The notes under the pieces: model-generated | What the model saw: the letters and a program-made list of their open reading frames with translations, nothing else | Told to the model about the DNA's origin: nothing | Databases searched by the model: none | Translations under genes and position numbers: made by a program | Assembly (NCBI GenBank): GCA_034115005.1 | Contig: JAXEUE010000091.1 | Location: 1 to 53,915 of the forward strand | DNA from: Blautia sp. | GTDB lineage: Bacteria; Bacillota; Clostridia; Lachnospirales; Lachnospiraceae | Length of the DNA stretch: 53,915 nt | Direction of reading: 5' to 3' | Shown here: piece after piece, positions 37,848 to 47,308 of the stretch | Numbering within the stretch: the first letter of the stretch is position 1 | Layout of the letters: every line of letters begins with the position of its first letter

Positions 37848-38987
37848 TCACATTAATTCTTTCACATATTCCAGAATATTCTGGTACATCTGAAAATAAG
37901 GAATATGATTTTCCCTGCTAAGAAGCGCTACACTTTCATACTCGGGATAAAAACGCTCTTCTCCATCCAACAGACAGACCTTAACCTGAGCTTCTCCATA
38001 GGGTGTTGTTACCGTTCTCTGCTCTCTTTTCAGAATTGTGCGCTCCATTTGAGTATAACGTATTCCGATAGACGTAGTTTCTTCAAAAATAATTTTCTCC
38101 AGATCCTTCATTTTTTCCTTTTTACAGATGACGGTCAAAATCCAGGCCGGTCTGTTTTTTTTCATGTAAGCAGGAATATAATGAACATCTCTTGCCCCTT
38201 CCTTCATAAGGCGCTCCATTACGTATCCGAGAGTTTCCCCGGAACAGTCGTCAATATTGGTCTCCATCTTTATAACGGAATCCTTATCTCCTGTTTCATT
38301 ACAAATCAGCATTGCACGAAGGATACCTGAAGAATCCTGATAACATATTCCTGCTCCTGTGCCTGTTTTTTCCACTTCAAATTCATCCGGAAGATTTTCT
38401 CCTGTACGTATGGCTGCCACAATAGCTGCTCCCACAGGAGTTATGAGCTGTCCCTTTGCATCTGTAATATTCAGTTTCAGATGATGTTCTCTTATTATGT
38501 CAAGCACCTGAGGTACAGGAACAGGTAAAATTGTGGAAGAACATTTTACCGTACCCTTTCCTTCACATAAAACCGGAACGATCACATCCGTAATGCCCAG
38601 GTCATCCAGGCACACTGCCGCAGAAACAATATACACCGCATCCCGTATGGCAGTCCGGGATTGCTGCTGAGCCAGAATATTCCAGATCCTGACCGAAAGA
38701 GTTCTGGCTTTTTCTGTCATATCCGCATATTCAACAGCGTGAAGAAACTCCTGTTTGCCCCAAAATAAAGTTTCTGTATCTTCCTCATAACCAATCAGAC
38801 AGAAATCACAGACATTTATCCCTGCTCTGTCCACCTTCTCTGTTTCATAAGAAAAACCGGGAACAGTAAGACTTTTAAGAGCCCGTTTCAAAACCTCCTG
38901 GTCAGCTCCCAGATCAAGAAGCGCTCCCACAGTCATTTTCCCGGTAATTCCAGAATAACATTCCAGATATAAAGATTTCCCTGTCAT
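37848..38987 (-). CDS. LarC-family (nickel insertion) protein, divergent
   Basis: LYLECYSG, ALLDLG, LPVP.P, TP.GAA, ETNIDD.SGE..GY, GA.DV, MKKNRP, ETTSIG.R, PEYE. Confidence 0.8.
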   Translation of the reverse strand: MTGKSLYLECYSGITGKMTVGALLDLGADQEVLKRALKSLTVPGFSYETEKVDRAGINVCDFCLIGYEEDTETLFWGKQEFLHAVEYADMTEKARTLSVRIWNILAQQQSRTAIRDAVYIVSAAVCLDDLGITDVIVPVLCEGKGTVKCSSTILPVPVPQVLDIIREHHLKLNITDAKGQLITPVGAAIVAAIRTGENLPDEFEVEKTGTGAGICYQDSSGILRAMLICNETGDKDSVIKMETNIDDCSGETLGYVMERLMKEGARDVHYIPAYMKKNRPAWILTVICKKEKMKDLEKIIFEETTSIGIRYTQMERTILKREQRTVTTPYGEAQVKVCLLDGEERFYPEYESVALLSRENHIPYFQMYQNILEYVKELM

Positions 38988-40144
38988 TTTTCTTTTTCCT
39001 CATAATCATCCAGGAAGTTATAGTATTCTCCATCCTTGTGATAGCCTATCACAGTACGTAGATTAATATCCCTTACACAATTAAATATATTGGACTCGAT
39101 CACACTGCTCTCTTTCCTGAAATGAGCAATCAGCTCTTTCATCTCATCACGTTTGGAGCCTCTCCCTCCTCCACAGCTTACACAATTCTCCGTAAATCTG
39201 CATGCGCACTGAATGAACTGCAGGCCATTGGCATCTCTCCAGGCTTTGATGGCAGACTCCTTAATCAGATACATGGGGCGGATCAGTTCCATTCCCGGAA
39301 AATTCTGACTGTGAAGCATGGGCATCATAGTCTGCACCTTTCCAGCATAAAGGATGCTCATCAGAATTGTTTCGATCACATCATCGAAATGATGCCCCAG
39401 GGCAATTTTGTTGCACCCCAGTTTCTGAGCATTGGAATAAAGATAGCCTCTTCTCATTCTTGCGCATAAATAGCAGGGATTCTTATCGATTTCTGCCACT
39501 GTATCAAATATATTACTTTCAAATACGGTCAGCGGAATACCCAGAAGCTTTGCATTATCCTGAATAATTTTCCAGTTATCTTCATTATATCCCGGATTCA
39601 TTACAAGAAAAACAGCATCAAAATGAATATTTCCATGTCTTTGCAGCTCCTGGATCAGCTTTGCCATAAGCATAGAATCTTTTCCTCCGGAAATACAGAC
39701 CGCGATCTTATCCCCTTCATTGATCAGATGATAATCACTTAAAGCTTTTGTAAACGGTCTCCAGATTGTTTTACGGAAAGTTTTGATAATACTGTGTTCA
39801 ATCTCTGCCGTCTTCTTTTCTTTCTGTTCTCTGGCATCATTTTCCATAAGACGTCCCAGGGAAAGGCGAAGAAACGCCCGGTATCCTCCCTGAACATTCA
39901 CTGCATCGTATCCCTTCTCCGTAAGGAGCTCCACAAATTCCTGGCTTCTCTCACCTGTATGGCACATCACATATACAGGTTTATCCTTTGGAATCGTATC
40001 CGTTCTTCCTTCAAATTCATCTCCCGGTATATTTACCGATCCGGGAATGGTTCCTCTTTTAAACTGATCCAAAGGGCGCACATCCACAATAGTAATGTGG
40101 GATCTGTCCTCTTTTTCCAAATTCTCTACACTGATTGATTTCAT
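38984..40144 (-). CDS. Rhodanese domain fused to TtcA-family PP-loop ATPase (tRNA thiolation-like)
   Basis: DVR...F..G.IPGSVNIP and CHTGERS (rhodanese); SGGKDS, CYLCARMRRG, GHHFDD, LIRPM and a C-terminal Cys cluster (TtcA). Confidence 0.85.
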   Translation of the reverse strand: MKSISVENLEKEDRSHITIVDVRPLDQFKRGTIPGSVNIPGDEFEGRTDTIPKDKPVYVMCHTGERSQEFVELLTEKGYDAVNVQGGYRAFLRLSLGRLMENDAREQKEKKTAEIEHSIIKTFRKTIWRPFTKALSDYHLINEGDKIAVCISGGKDSMLMAKLIQELQRHGNIHFDAVFLVMNPGYNEDNWKIIQDNAKLLGIPLTVFESNIFDTVAEIDKNPCYLCARMRRGYLYSNAQKLGCNKIALGHHFDDVIETILMSILYAGKVQTMMPMLHSQNFPGMELIRPMYLIKESAIKAWRDANGLQFIQCACRFTENCVSCGGGRGSKRDEMKELIAHFRKESSVIESNIFNCVRDINLRTVIGYHKDGEYYNFLDDYEEKEK

Positions 40145-40156
40145 CTTATACCTGCC

Positions 40157-40879
40157 TTAAATATTTTCGCTGTCTGTGCCAGGATCCGGCCTTGCACAGC
40201 CATATGTCAGATCCTTTACGATCTCCCCTGCAAGGATCAGTCCTGCCACAGAAGGCACAAAAGCCACACTTCCCGGAACATCCCCGCCAGTCTTAACAGG
40301 ATCTTCTTCTGAATATACTACCTTAAGCTCCTTTACTCCCCGTTTCTTTAATTCCCTTCTCATTACTCTGGCAAGAGGGCAGACCTTTGTTTTATAAATA
40401 TCTGCCACAAAGAACCGACTGGCATCCAGCTTATTTCCTGCACCCATAGAACTGATAACGGGAGTTCCTGCTTCTTTGGCTTTCATAATTATTTCAATTT
40501 TTGCCGTAACTGTATCTACCGCATCCACCACATAATCGTATTCTTCAAAATGAAAGTTTTCAGAGTTTTCCGGAAGAAAAAAGCACTTATGAACCTTTAC
40601 TTCTGCCTGTGGATTGATCTCCAGAATGCGTTCCTTCATTACATCCACTTTATACTGTCCCAAGGTCTTCCTTGTAGCAATGATCTGCCTGTTCAGATTG
40701 GACAGGCACACTGTATCATTATCTATGAGATCAAAGGAGCCTACTCCGCTTCGGACAAGTGCCTCACATACATAGCCCCCCACTCCTCCGATGCCAAAAA
40801 CCGCCACATGGGAATTCTTAAGTTTTTCTATTGCTTCTCTGCCCAGAAGAAGCTCTGTCCTGGAAAACTGATCCGGCAT
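40157..40879 (-). CDS. tcdA: ThiF-family adenylyltransferase, TcdA-like (ct6A dehydratase)
   Basis: FSRTELLLG, GIGGVG, SNLNRQ, DAVD, SSMGAGNK.D, DI..T..CPLAR, VYSEE, PGS..FVP; start moved to 40879. Confidence 0.8.
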   Translation of the reverse strand: MPDQFSRTELLLGREAIEKLKNSHVAVFGIGGVGGYVCEALVRSGVGSFDLIDNDTVCLSNLNRQIIATRKTLGQYKVDVMKERILEINPQAEVKVHKCFFLPENSENFHFEEYDYVVDAVDTVTAKIEIIMKAKEAGTPVISSMGAGNKLDASRFFVADIYKTKVCPLARVMRRELKKRGVKELKVVYSEEDPVKTGGDVPGSVAFVPSVAGLILAGEIVKDLTYGCARPDPGTDSENI

Positions 40880-40880
40880 A

Positions 40881-41783
40881 CTATTCTTCCCTTTCTTTGG
40901 AAAAGGCAAGGTAAGCAGCCCCAAGGAGACCTGAGTCCTCTCCAAGAGTAGATTTGCGGATTTTTATAAGAGGTTTCATATTTTCAAAAACTTTACTCTT
41001 TACCAGTTCTTCCACTTCTTCCACAAAGCCTTTGATCTTAATGGCTACAGATCCTCCAAGAATCACAATTTCCGGATCTGCCAGAGCGTAAATAACAGCA
41101 ATAAAGTTGGCAAGGTATGTTTTTGCATCTTTCATAATAGCCTGTGCTGTTTCATTTCCGGAAAGTGCCAGATCATTCACTTCTCCTGCATGCTTCACAC
41201 AAAGGCCTGCTTTTTTCGCACGGGTCGTAATGGCAGTTCCACTGCTGATAGCCTCAATTCCTCCGGGAAGAATAGAACCATGGGAAGGACCATCCTGCAT
41301 CATAATACAGTTTGCCACTTCATTTCCATATCCATGAGCTCCCTGATAAATCTTTTTATCTATAATAAATCCTGCTCCGATTCCTGTTGAAATTGTAAGG
41401 AACTGAACATAACGACAGTCACGTCCTTCTCCCTTCACTGCTTCAGCAAGAGCAGCAAGATTGGCATCGTTATTCAGATACACAGGAAGTCCGATCCTTT
41501 TACTCAATTCTTCTGCCACATACATGTGTCTCCATCCTCCCTTCAAATTAGGAGGGGTAAGAATCTGACCTTTGAGCAGGTCAAGAGGGCCCGGGCAGGA
41601 CATACCCACGCCCACAATTTCCTTGTCATATGATTTGATAACTGATGCGATCTGACCTAAAGTTTCTTCCGGATCTTCAGGATTTGTAGAAAACTGATGC
41701 CTGTCAATGATCTCCAGATTTTCGTCTGCCAGAGCAACTCTTGTGTTTGTTCCTCCGATATCAATAGCTACTGCATATTTCAT
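40881..41783 (-). CDS. ROK-family sugar kinase
   Basis: IDIGGT, CPGP, NDANLAALAE, STGIGAG, GGS, GLLGAA; no N-terminal HTH. Confidence 0.88.
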   Translation of the reverse strand: MKYAVAIDIGGTNTRVALADENLEIIDRHQFSTNPEDPEETLGQIASVIKSYDKEIVGVGMSCPGPLDLLKGQILTPPNLKGGWRHMYVAEELSKRIGLPVYLNNDANLAALAEAVKGEGRDCRYVQFLTISTGIGAGFIIDKKIYQGAHGYGNEVANCIMMQDGPSHGSILPGGIEAISSGTAITTRAKKAGLCVKHAGEVNDLALSGNETAQAIMKDAKTYLANFIAVIYALADPEIVILGGSVAIKIKGFVEEVEELVKSKVFENMKPLIKIRKSTLGEDSGLLGAAYLAFSKEREE

Positions 41784-41827
41784 AATTTATTTCTCTTACA
41801 CCTGGGATGTAAGTTCTCCTTTCTTTC

Positions 41828-43252
41828 TCATTCTACCGTACATACACGGATCAGATTTGTCTTACCAGGGATTCCAAGAGGAACGCCTCCTGCAAATACT
41901 ATGGTATCTCCTTCTTTCACAAGCCCATGTTTCTGTGCTGCCTCCATAGAACGAAGGCAGAGAATCTCAGAACTGTATTCCTCTTTGATACGCATAGGAT
42001 AAACTCCCCATGACATATTCATCTGACGACACACACGGTCAGAGCTGGAACAGCCCCCAATGGGACATCCAGGCCTGTATTTGGAAATAAGGCGTGCGGT
42101 TCTGCCTGTCTTACTTACTGCCAGGATCGCATTTGCCTTCAGATCAATGGCTGTCATGCAGGCAGCATGTGATATGGCATTTGTCACATTAGGATTCTCT
42201 TCCCGGTCAGATTTTCTGAATATTTTATTATAATCAATATTTTCTTCCATATGCTCTGCAATTTTCACCATCATCTGCAAAGCTTTTACAGGATATTTCC
42301 CTGCAGCTGTCTCACCGGAAAGCATAATGGCACTTGTCCCCTGGGAAATAGCATTTGCCACATCCGTTACTTCCGCACGGGTAGGTCTTGGATGAATCAT
42401 CATGGAATCAAGCATCTGCGTGGCTGTGATCACCTGTTTTCCTTCAGAATAAACCTTCTGTATGATCTTCTGCTGAATTACCGGCACATTTTCCAGGGGG
42501 ATCTCCACTCCCATGTCCCCTCTGGCGATCATAATTCCGTCTGCTTCTTTAATAATCTCATCAATATTATCCACGCCCTGCTGATTCTCGATCTTGGCGA
42601 TGATATGAATGTCCGAGCCTCCGTTTTCATTCAGGATCTTTCTCACTGCACGTACATCATCTGCTGTACGTGTAAAAGATGCGGCAACAAAATCAAATCC
42701 TTCTTTAATTCCAAAAATCAGATCATCATAATCTTTCTGGCTGATAAAATTCATTTTCAGGTCGGCACCCGGAACGTTCACCCCTTTTCTGTTGGAAACT
42801 GTTCCGGCATTGATCACTGTACACACAATATCCTGTCCCTGAATTTCTTTCACTTCCATATCAACAAGTCCGTCATCGATCAGGATATGGCCACCTGGCT
42901 TAACATCTTTATAAAGTTCTTTATAGGTAATGCTGACACAATCCTTCGTACCTTCCACTTCCCTGCCGGTCAATGTAAAGGTTTGTCCTTCTTCCAGGGA
43001 TACCTTACCATCCCTGAAGCATCCCAGTCTGATCTCCGGGCCTTTCGTATCAAGCAGAGCAGCAATAGGTCTGTCGTATTTCTCCCGGAGTTCTTTTAGC
43101 TGTTCCAGACGTCTTTTCTGCTCATCATGCAGCCCATGGGAAAAATTAAATCTGGCCACATCCATGCCTTCTTTGATCAGTTCTTCCAGAACATGATCCT
43201 GGTCAGTTGCGGGGCCAAGTGTACAGATAATCTTTGTTTTTCTCATTTTCAT
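41828..43252 (-). CDS. pyk: Pyruvate kinase
   Basis: RKTKIICTLGP, RFNFSHG, DTKGPEIR, AKIEN, MIARGDMGVE, ATQMLDSM, PTRAE, MLSGETA.G.YP. Confidence 0.96.
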   Translation of the reverse strand: MKMRKTKIICTLGPATDQDHVLEELIKEGMDVARFNFSHGLHDEQKRRLEQLKELREKYDRPIAALLDTKGPEIRLGCFRDGKVSLEEGQTFTLTGREVEGTKDCVSITYKELYKDVKPGGHILIDDGLVDMEVKEIQGQDIVCTVINAGTVSNRKGVNVPGADLKMNFISQKDYDDLIFGIKEGFDFVAASFTRTADDVRAVRKILNENGGSDIHIIAKIENQQGVDNIDEIIKEADGIMIARGDMGVEIPLENVPVIQQKIIQKVYSEGKQVITATQMLDSMMIHPRPTRAEVTDVANAISQGTSAIMLSGETAAGKYPVKALQMMVKIAEHMEENIDYNKIFRKSDREENPNVTNAISHAACMTAIDLKANAILAVSKTGRTARLISKYRPGCPIGGCSSSDRVCRQMNMSWGVYPMRIKEEYSSEILCLRSMEAAQKHGLVKEGDTIVFAGGVPLGIPGKTNLIRVCTVE

Positions 43253-43277
43253 TTTCTCCTAAACATTTTCATTAAAT

Positions 43278-45218
43278 TTAGACCAGATACGAAATTAATA
43301 AAGTTGCAATTACCAGAATATGACCCAGTGCATAGATCAGATAGACACTTGATAAAGAAACCTCTGTGCTTTCTGATCTCCTTTGTCCTGAACTTTTCCT
43401 GAGTCCCAGAATAAAAGGGAAAAGAAGCGGTATAAAATATCTTCCCTGGATTCCGGCAATTTCCCTGCTGGCAACTGCTGTCCACTGCACATACAAACTT
43501 GTACATATAAGGAGAAAAATGATTCCACATGCTATAAACATTATACTTCTGCAGAATTTTTCTCCAATTCCCCATTCTATTCTTTCTTTTACTGAAACAT
43601 ATATGAGAACAACTGCACAGATTGCAATGATCATTACTTTACATTCAATATTCAGATATCCAAGAGCATTTCCAAACATTTCCCTGATCCATGTATCACC
43701 TGAATTTATGACAGACCTTACTATCACTGCTACATATGCCAGCGGATGATAAAGAATATATTTTACCTGTTCTGCCGAATTTACTCCCTCCTGAAATTCC
43801 ATCAGAAATCTGGAACTGATGGCCAGCCATCCAAATGTAACTGTCAATACCATTACAACAGCTCCTGCAACTGTGCAGAAATAATTCTTTCTGTCAGGAA
43901 ACTTTCTGACAGGAACCAGGATCGCCAGAAGACAGATCGGCATATATACAATCTTACAGGATGCAACCAGAAACAGCAACAAAAACATCACGAAATACTC
44001 TCTCTTTCTGAGTATTCCTTTTTTATAACGTAAATATAAGACATAACATACAAAAGCAATAACAATAGCAGTGGTAAATCCATCTCCTGCCAGTGATATG
44101 TTTTCATGCATATTCATAGGCATCAATGCTATCATTGCGGCAATATTCTTCCCAAATGGCAGAATTCGGATGCTCCAGTAAAGTATTATGCCTGTGATCA
44201 GCCAGGAAATAAATCTGGCAATATATGCAATCATAAAAATATTCCGGGTGAAAATTCTGCCTGCGGCTATTCCGATTACCTGAGGAACATAGGTAAATGG
44301 AGAATATAAAGCTGTATTAGCATAAGAAATAAACGACATACTGTCTGAAAGATCCACATCTGAATTTTCCACTATATCTATAAGCTTCATATCTGGTCCC
44401 TTCCAGTTATGCACAAGATTGGAAGGCAGCATACTTCCGCCCTTGCCTTTGTCATTTACAGATGCAATGAAATCTCCCTGGGTTATTCCAAATGCACGGC
44501 ACATGTGAGCACCCTCATCCGGCACTCCCGAAACGGGAATTACCATATTATATAATAAACCAATGGTAAGATACAGAATAAGAAAAATACGTTCTGTTTT
44601 CCATTTTCTATGGTAAGCTGCAGTCAGAATTATCGTCAGTAAAACGAGAAAAATGGCAGATATAACATAGATAAACCTTCCTGCCAGCTTTTCATCCAGA
44701 TCATAATACTGCAGTCTTAACGAACAGTTCTTTTTTTTATTTACCAGGACTTTATTTGAACCTGCTGTATAAAGTGTAATGGTGCATGGCTGATCAGATA
44801 TATTTTTTATTTCAAATTTCAAAACAGTTTCTTTTACTTTTCCAAGATCTGTCCCAAAAGGAATACACTCTTCCTGTTGTTTCATTCCTGCAGCCAGGCT
44901 GACCTTTTTTTCAGCCAGTAATTGCCCATTTTTATCTGTAACAGAAATTGAAAGACCACAGTCTTTACTCTCCGACTCTGTGCTTACAGTAAGAAATATA
45001 TTTTCCAGACGGTCATGTTCCATTAATACATTCTGTGAAAAAGAATCCTGCATTTTAAGTTTAATACTTTTTCCGTTCATTTCTGCTGTGGGACTGAAAC
45101 TGTCAAATGTTCTTCCCTCCAGAAGATAATGTTCTCCCAGAAGCATGACGATCAGCAGGACCCCCAGAAGAACTATCTGCTTCCCATTTTGTTTCCAGAA
45201 TCTCTTTATCCTTTTCAT
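43278..45218 (-). CDS. DUF2142-type multi-pass membrane protein (putative GT-C glycosyltransferase)
   Basis: PDE..H, Y.P..Y.PQ..G, CK..Y and QGRYF.P motifs; many TM segments; soluble domain after the first TM. Confidence 0.75.
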   Translation of the reverse strand: MKRIKRFWKQNGKQIVLLGVLLIVMLLGEHYLLEGRTFDSFSPTAEMNGKSIKLKMQDSFSQNVLMEHDRLENIFLTVSTESESKDCGLSISVTDKNGQLLAEKKVSLAAGMKQQEECIPFGTDLGKVKETVLKFEIKNISDQPCTITLYTAGSNKVLVNKKKNCSLRLQYYDLDEKLAGRFIYVISAIFLVLLTIILTAAYHRKWKTERIFLILYLTIGLLYNMVIPVSGVPDEGAHMCRAFGITQGDFIASVNDKGKGGSMLPSNLVHNWKGPDMKLIDIVENSDVDLSDSMSFISYANTALYSPFTYVPQVIGIAAGRIFTRNIFMIAYIARFISWLITGIILYWSIRILPFGKNIAAMIALMPMNMHENISLAGDGFTTAIVIAFVCYVLYLRYKKGILRKREYFVMFLLLFLVASCKIVYMPICLLAILVPVRKFPDRKNYFCTVAGAVVMVLTVTFGWLAISSRFLMEFQEGVNSAEQVKYILYHPLAYVAVIVRSVINSGDTWIREMFGNALGYLNIECKVMIIAICAVVLIYVSVKERIEWGIGEKFCRSIMFIACGIIFLLICTSLYVQWTAVASREIAGIQGRYFIPLLFPFILGLRKSSGQRRSESTEVSLSSVYLIYALGHILVIATLLISYLV

Positions 45219-46174
45219 CAGTCTGTCTCCTGTTTTTCACTCATTAACCTATTGTAAGAATCATTGATTCTCTGCAGCTCCATCTCAAAATCCTGCCTGT
45301 TTTTCTGAACGATATTCTGAAGGATCATACCGGAAAACCAGGACTGAATAGCTGCCAGCATTACAAAGCCGCAGACGATCAGTGTAGGAAAATTTGGAAC
45401 CATACCCGTATTCATATATTCTACCAGAACAGGAATAAAAAAAATAACCGAAAGCATAAAAAGTACCGCCGAAAGCATGCCAAAAAAAGCCATGGGTTTA
45501 TAAATTCTGTACAATCGCGCAATCGTACAGAGTACCTTAAAGCCATCTGAATATGTGTTCAGCTTAGATTGGCTTCCATCCGGTCTGTCTCTGTACTGAA
45601 CCACCACATTCTCTATGTGCATATTCTTATCAACGGCATGAATGCTCATTTCTGTTTCAATTTCAAATCCTCTGGAGAGAACCGGAAAAGATTTTACAAA
45701 CTGATAGCTGAACGCACGGTACCCTGTCATAATATCCCTTATATCCGTTTTAAACAGAACATTTATTGACTTTCTGACAATAGAGTTTCCAAAATTATGA
45801 AAAGGACGTTTATTTTCATTAAAATATGTAGAAGAAAGTCTGTCTCCGATCACCATATCTGCCTGTCTGTCCAGAACCTGGGAAATCATTTCAGGAGCAG
45901 CTTCTGCCGGATAAGTATCGTCACCATCGGTCATCACATAACACTGAGCATCCACTTCCCTGAACATTCTCCGGATAACATTTCCTTTTCCCTGCCGATG
46001 TTCGTATCTCACAACTGCCCCTGCCTCTCTGGCAATATCATCCGTATGGTCCGTTGAATTATTATCATAAACATATATTACTGCTTCAGGCAGAACCTTC
46101 TTAAAATCTCTCACAACTTTTCCAATTGTGCGGCTTTCATTATAGCAAGGAATTAGAACCGCAATTTTATCCAT
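45218..46174 (-). CDS. GT2 glycosyltransferase (GtrB/DPM-synthase-like, two C-terminal TMs)
   Basis: IPCYNE, DNNSTD, GKG, DGD.TY, D..TGYR, GFEIETE, SKL; start moved to 46174. Confidence 0.9.
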   Translation of the reverse strand: MDKIAVLIPCYNESRTIGKVVRDFKKVLPEAVIYVYDNNSTDHTDDIAREAGAVVRYEHRQGKGNVIRRMFREVDAQCYVMTDGDDTYPAEAAPEMISQVLDRQADMVIGDRLSSTYFNENKRPFHNFGNSIVRKSINVLFKTDIRDIMTGYRAFSYQFVKSFPVLSRGFEIETEMSIHAVDKNMHIENVVVQYRDRPDGSQSKLNTYSDGFKVLCTIARLYRIYKPMAFFGMLSAVLFMLSVIFFIPVLVEYMNTGMVPNFPTLIVCGFVMLAAIQSWFSGMILQNIVQKNRQDFEMELQRINDSYNRLMSEKQETD

Positions 46175-46258
46175 TTTTTTCTCCTGTTTATATAAAAATA
46201 GCGCCAGATTCAAAAATTGATCACGACGCCATTATTTTACTTCATATTATTATCTTTT

Positions 46259-46672
46259 TCAAGTAACTTCACTACTTTTCCAGCGGCTTGGCTGACTCTC
46301 ACATATAGAATTCCACTGACAGTCACCGCATATTTCCATGCGTCTCTTTGTTGAGAGAATCTTTTGTTCCACCTGTCGTACAAATACATAAAAAGGCATG
46401 ATCTGATTCTCTGAAAATCCACAGAAATCCAATACCTGGCGATCATATCTTTCAGTCAGGCTGTGGGAAGTACAGACTCCTTCCAGATTATTGGGGCAGG
46501 CAGAACAGATTTCGTCTGTGCTTACACAAAGTTTCACATCTGCTCCATTCTGGAGTGTATCCAACATCTCCTTCATATGCCGGGAAAATCTGTCACTGTA
46601 CCCCTCTCCCCTGAAATAGGCAAGGCACATACCATGGTGGGGACGAAGGGGAAATACTTTATCTGTACACAT
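46259..46672 (-). CDS. DUF1284-like Cys/His-rich protein
   Basis: LRPHHGMC...F.G.GYS..F, D.IC..CP, D, IC..C.W...C; overlaps the bioY stop. Confidence 0.75.
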   Translation of the reverse strand: MCTDKVFPLRPHHGMCLAYFRGEGYSDRFSRHMKEMLDTLQNGADVKLCVSTDEICSACPNNLEGVCTSHSLTERYDRQVLDFCGFSENQIMPFYVFVRQVEQKILSTKRRMEICGDCQWNSICESQPSRWKSSEVT

Positions 46673-47213
46673 ACTTTCTGACCTTTCCTGACAGAACATA
46701 GGCAAGTCCGATCTTGATCAGATCAGGAATAATGAAGGGAACCACGCACCATCCCAGAACTGTGGCAAGACCTACAGCACCTGAGGATCTTGTATAAACG
46801 ATCATAAACCATATGGTTCCAATAGCATAACACACGATGAGCCCTGCAAGCATGGAAAGAATCTGCATTACCGGCTTTTTCCCCAATAATCTCTCAAATC
46901 CCCACATAACAAGGGCAGAAAACAGAAAACCTACAATATATCCTCCTGTAGTTCCAAGCAGGATTCCCATTCCTCCCTGAAAACCGGCAAATACCGGAAT
47001 TCCCAGAGCTCCCAGAAGAATATATACCAGCACTGCAAGAGTACCTCTTTTCCCTCCCAGCACGCCTACTGCCACAAACACTCCAAAAGTCTGTAAAGTA
47101 AAAGGAACCTGGGCTGGTATGGAAATCCAGGAACATATTGCCATAATTACTGCAAAGACGGCAATATAGACCATATCGTAAGTTTTACTTCCTTTTATTT
47201 CTGTTGACATCAT
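46659..47213 (-). CDS. bioY: Biotin ECF transporter S component
   Basis: VPFTLQT, LG.K.G, Y..LG..G.PVF, G.TGGY..GF, PFIIPD..K; BirA site upstream. Confidence 0.93.
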   Translation of the reverse strand: MMSTEIKGSKTYDMVYIAVFAVIMAICSWISIPAQVPFTLQTFGVFVAVGVLGGKRGTLAVLVYILLGALGIPVFAGFQGGMGILLGTTGGYIVGFLFSALVMWGFERLLGKKPVMQILSMLAGLIVCYAIGTIWFMIVYTRSSGAVGLATVLGWCVVPFIIPDLIKIGLAYVLSGKVRKYVYR

Positions 47214-47266
47214 TTTGTCCTCCTCATTAGTTAAATGATGTATTTAATTTAACACTGCGAAGCAAA

Positions 47267-47299
47267 AATGTCAACTGTTTTATTGTGTAAGTTTACATT
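47267..47299. promoter_or_regulatory. BirA operator overlapping the bioY promoter
   Basis: AA-TGTCAAC-N15-GTTTACA-TT palindrome matches the BirA consensus. Its left arm is the minus-strand -35 TTGACA, with TGnTAAATT 17 bp downstream. Confidence 0.85.
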
Positions 47300-47308
47300 C
47301 TGTTATTT

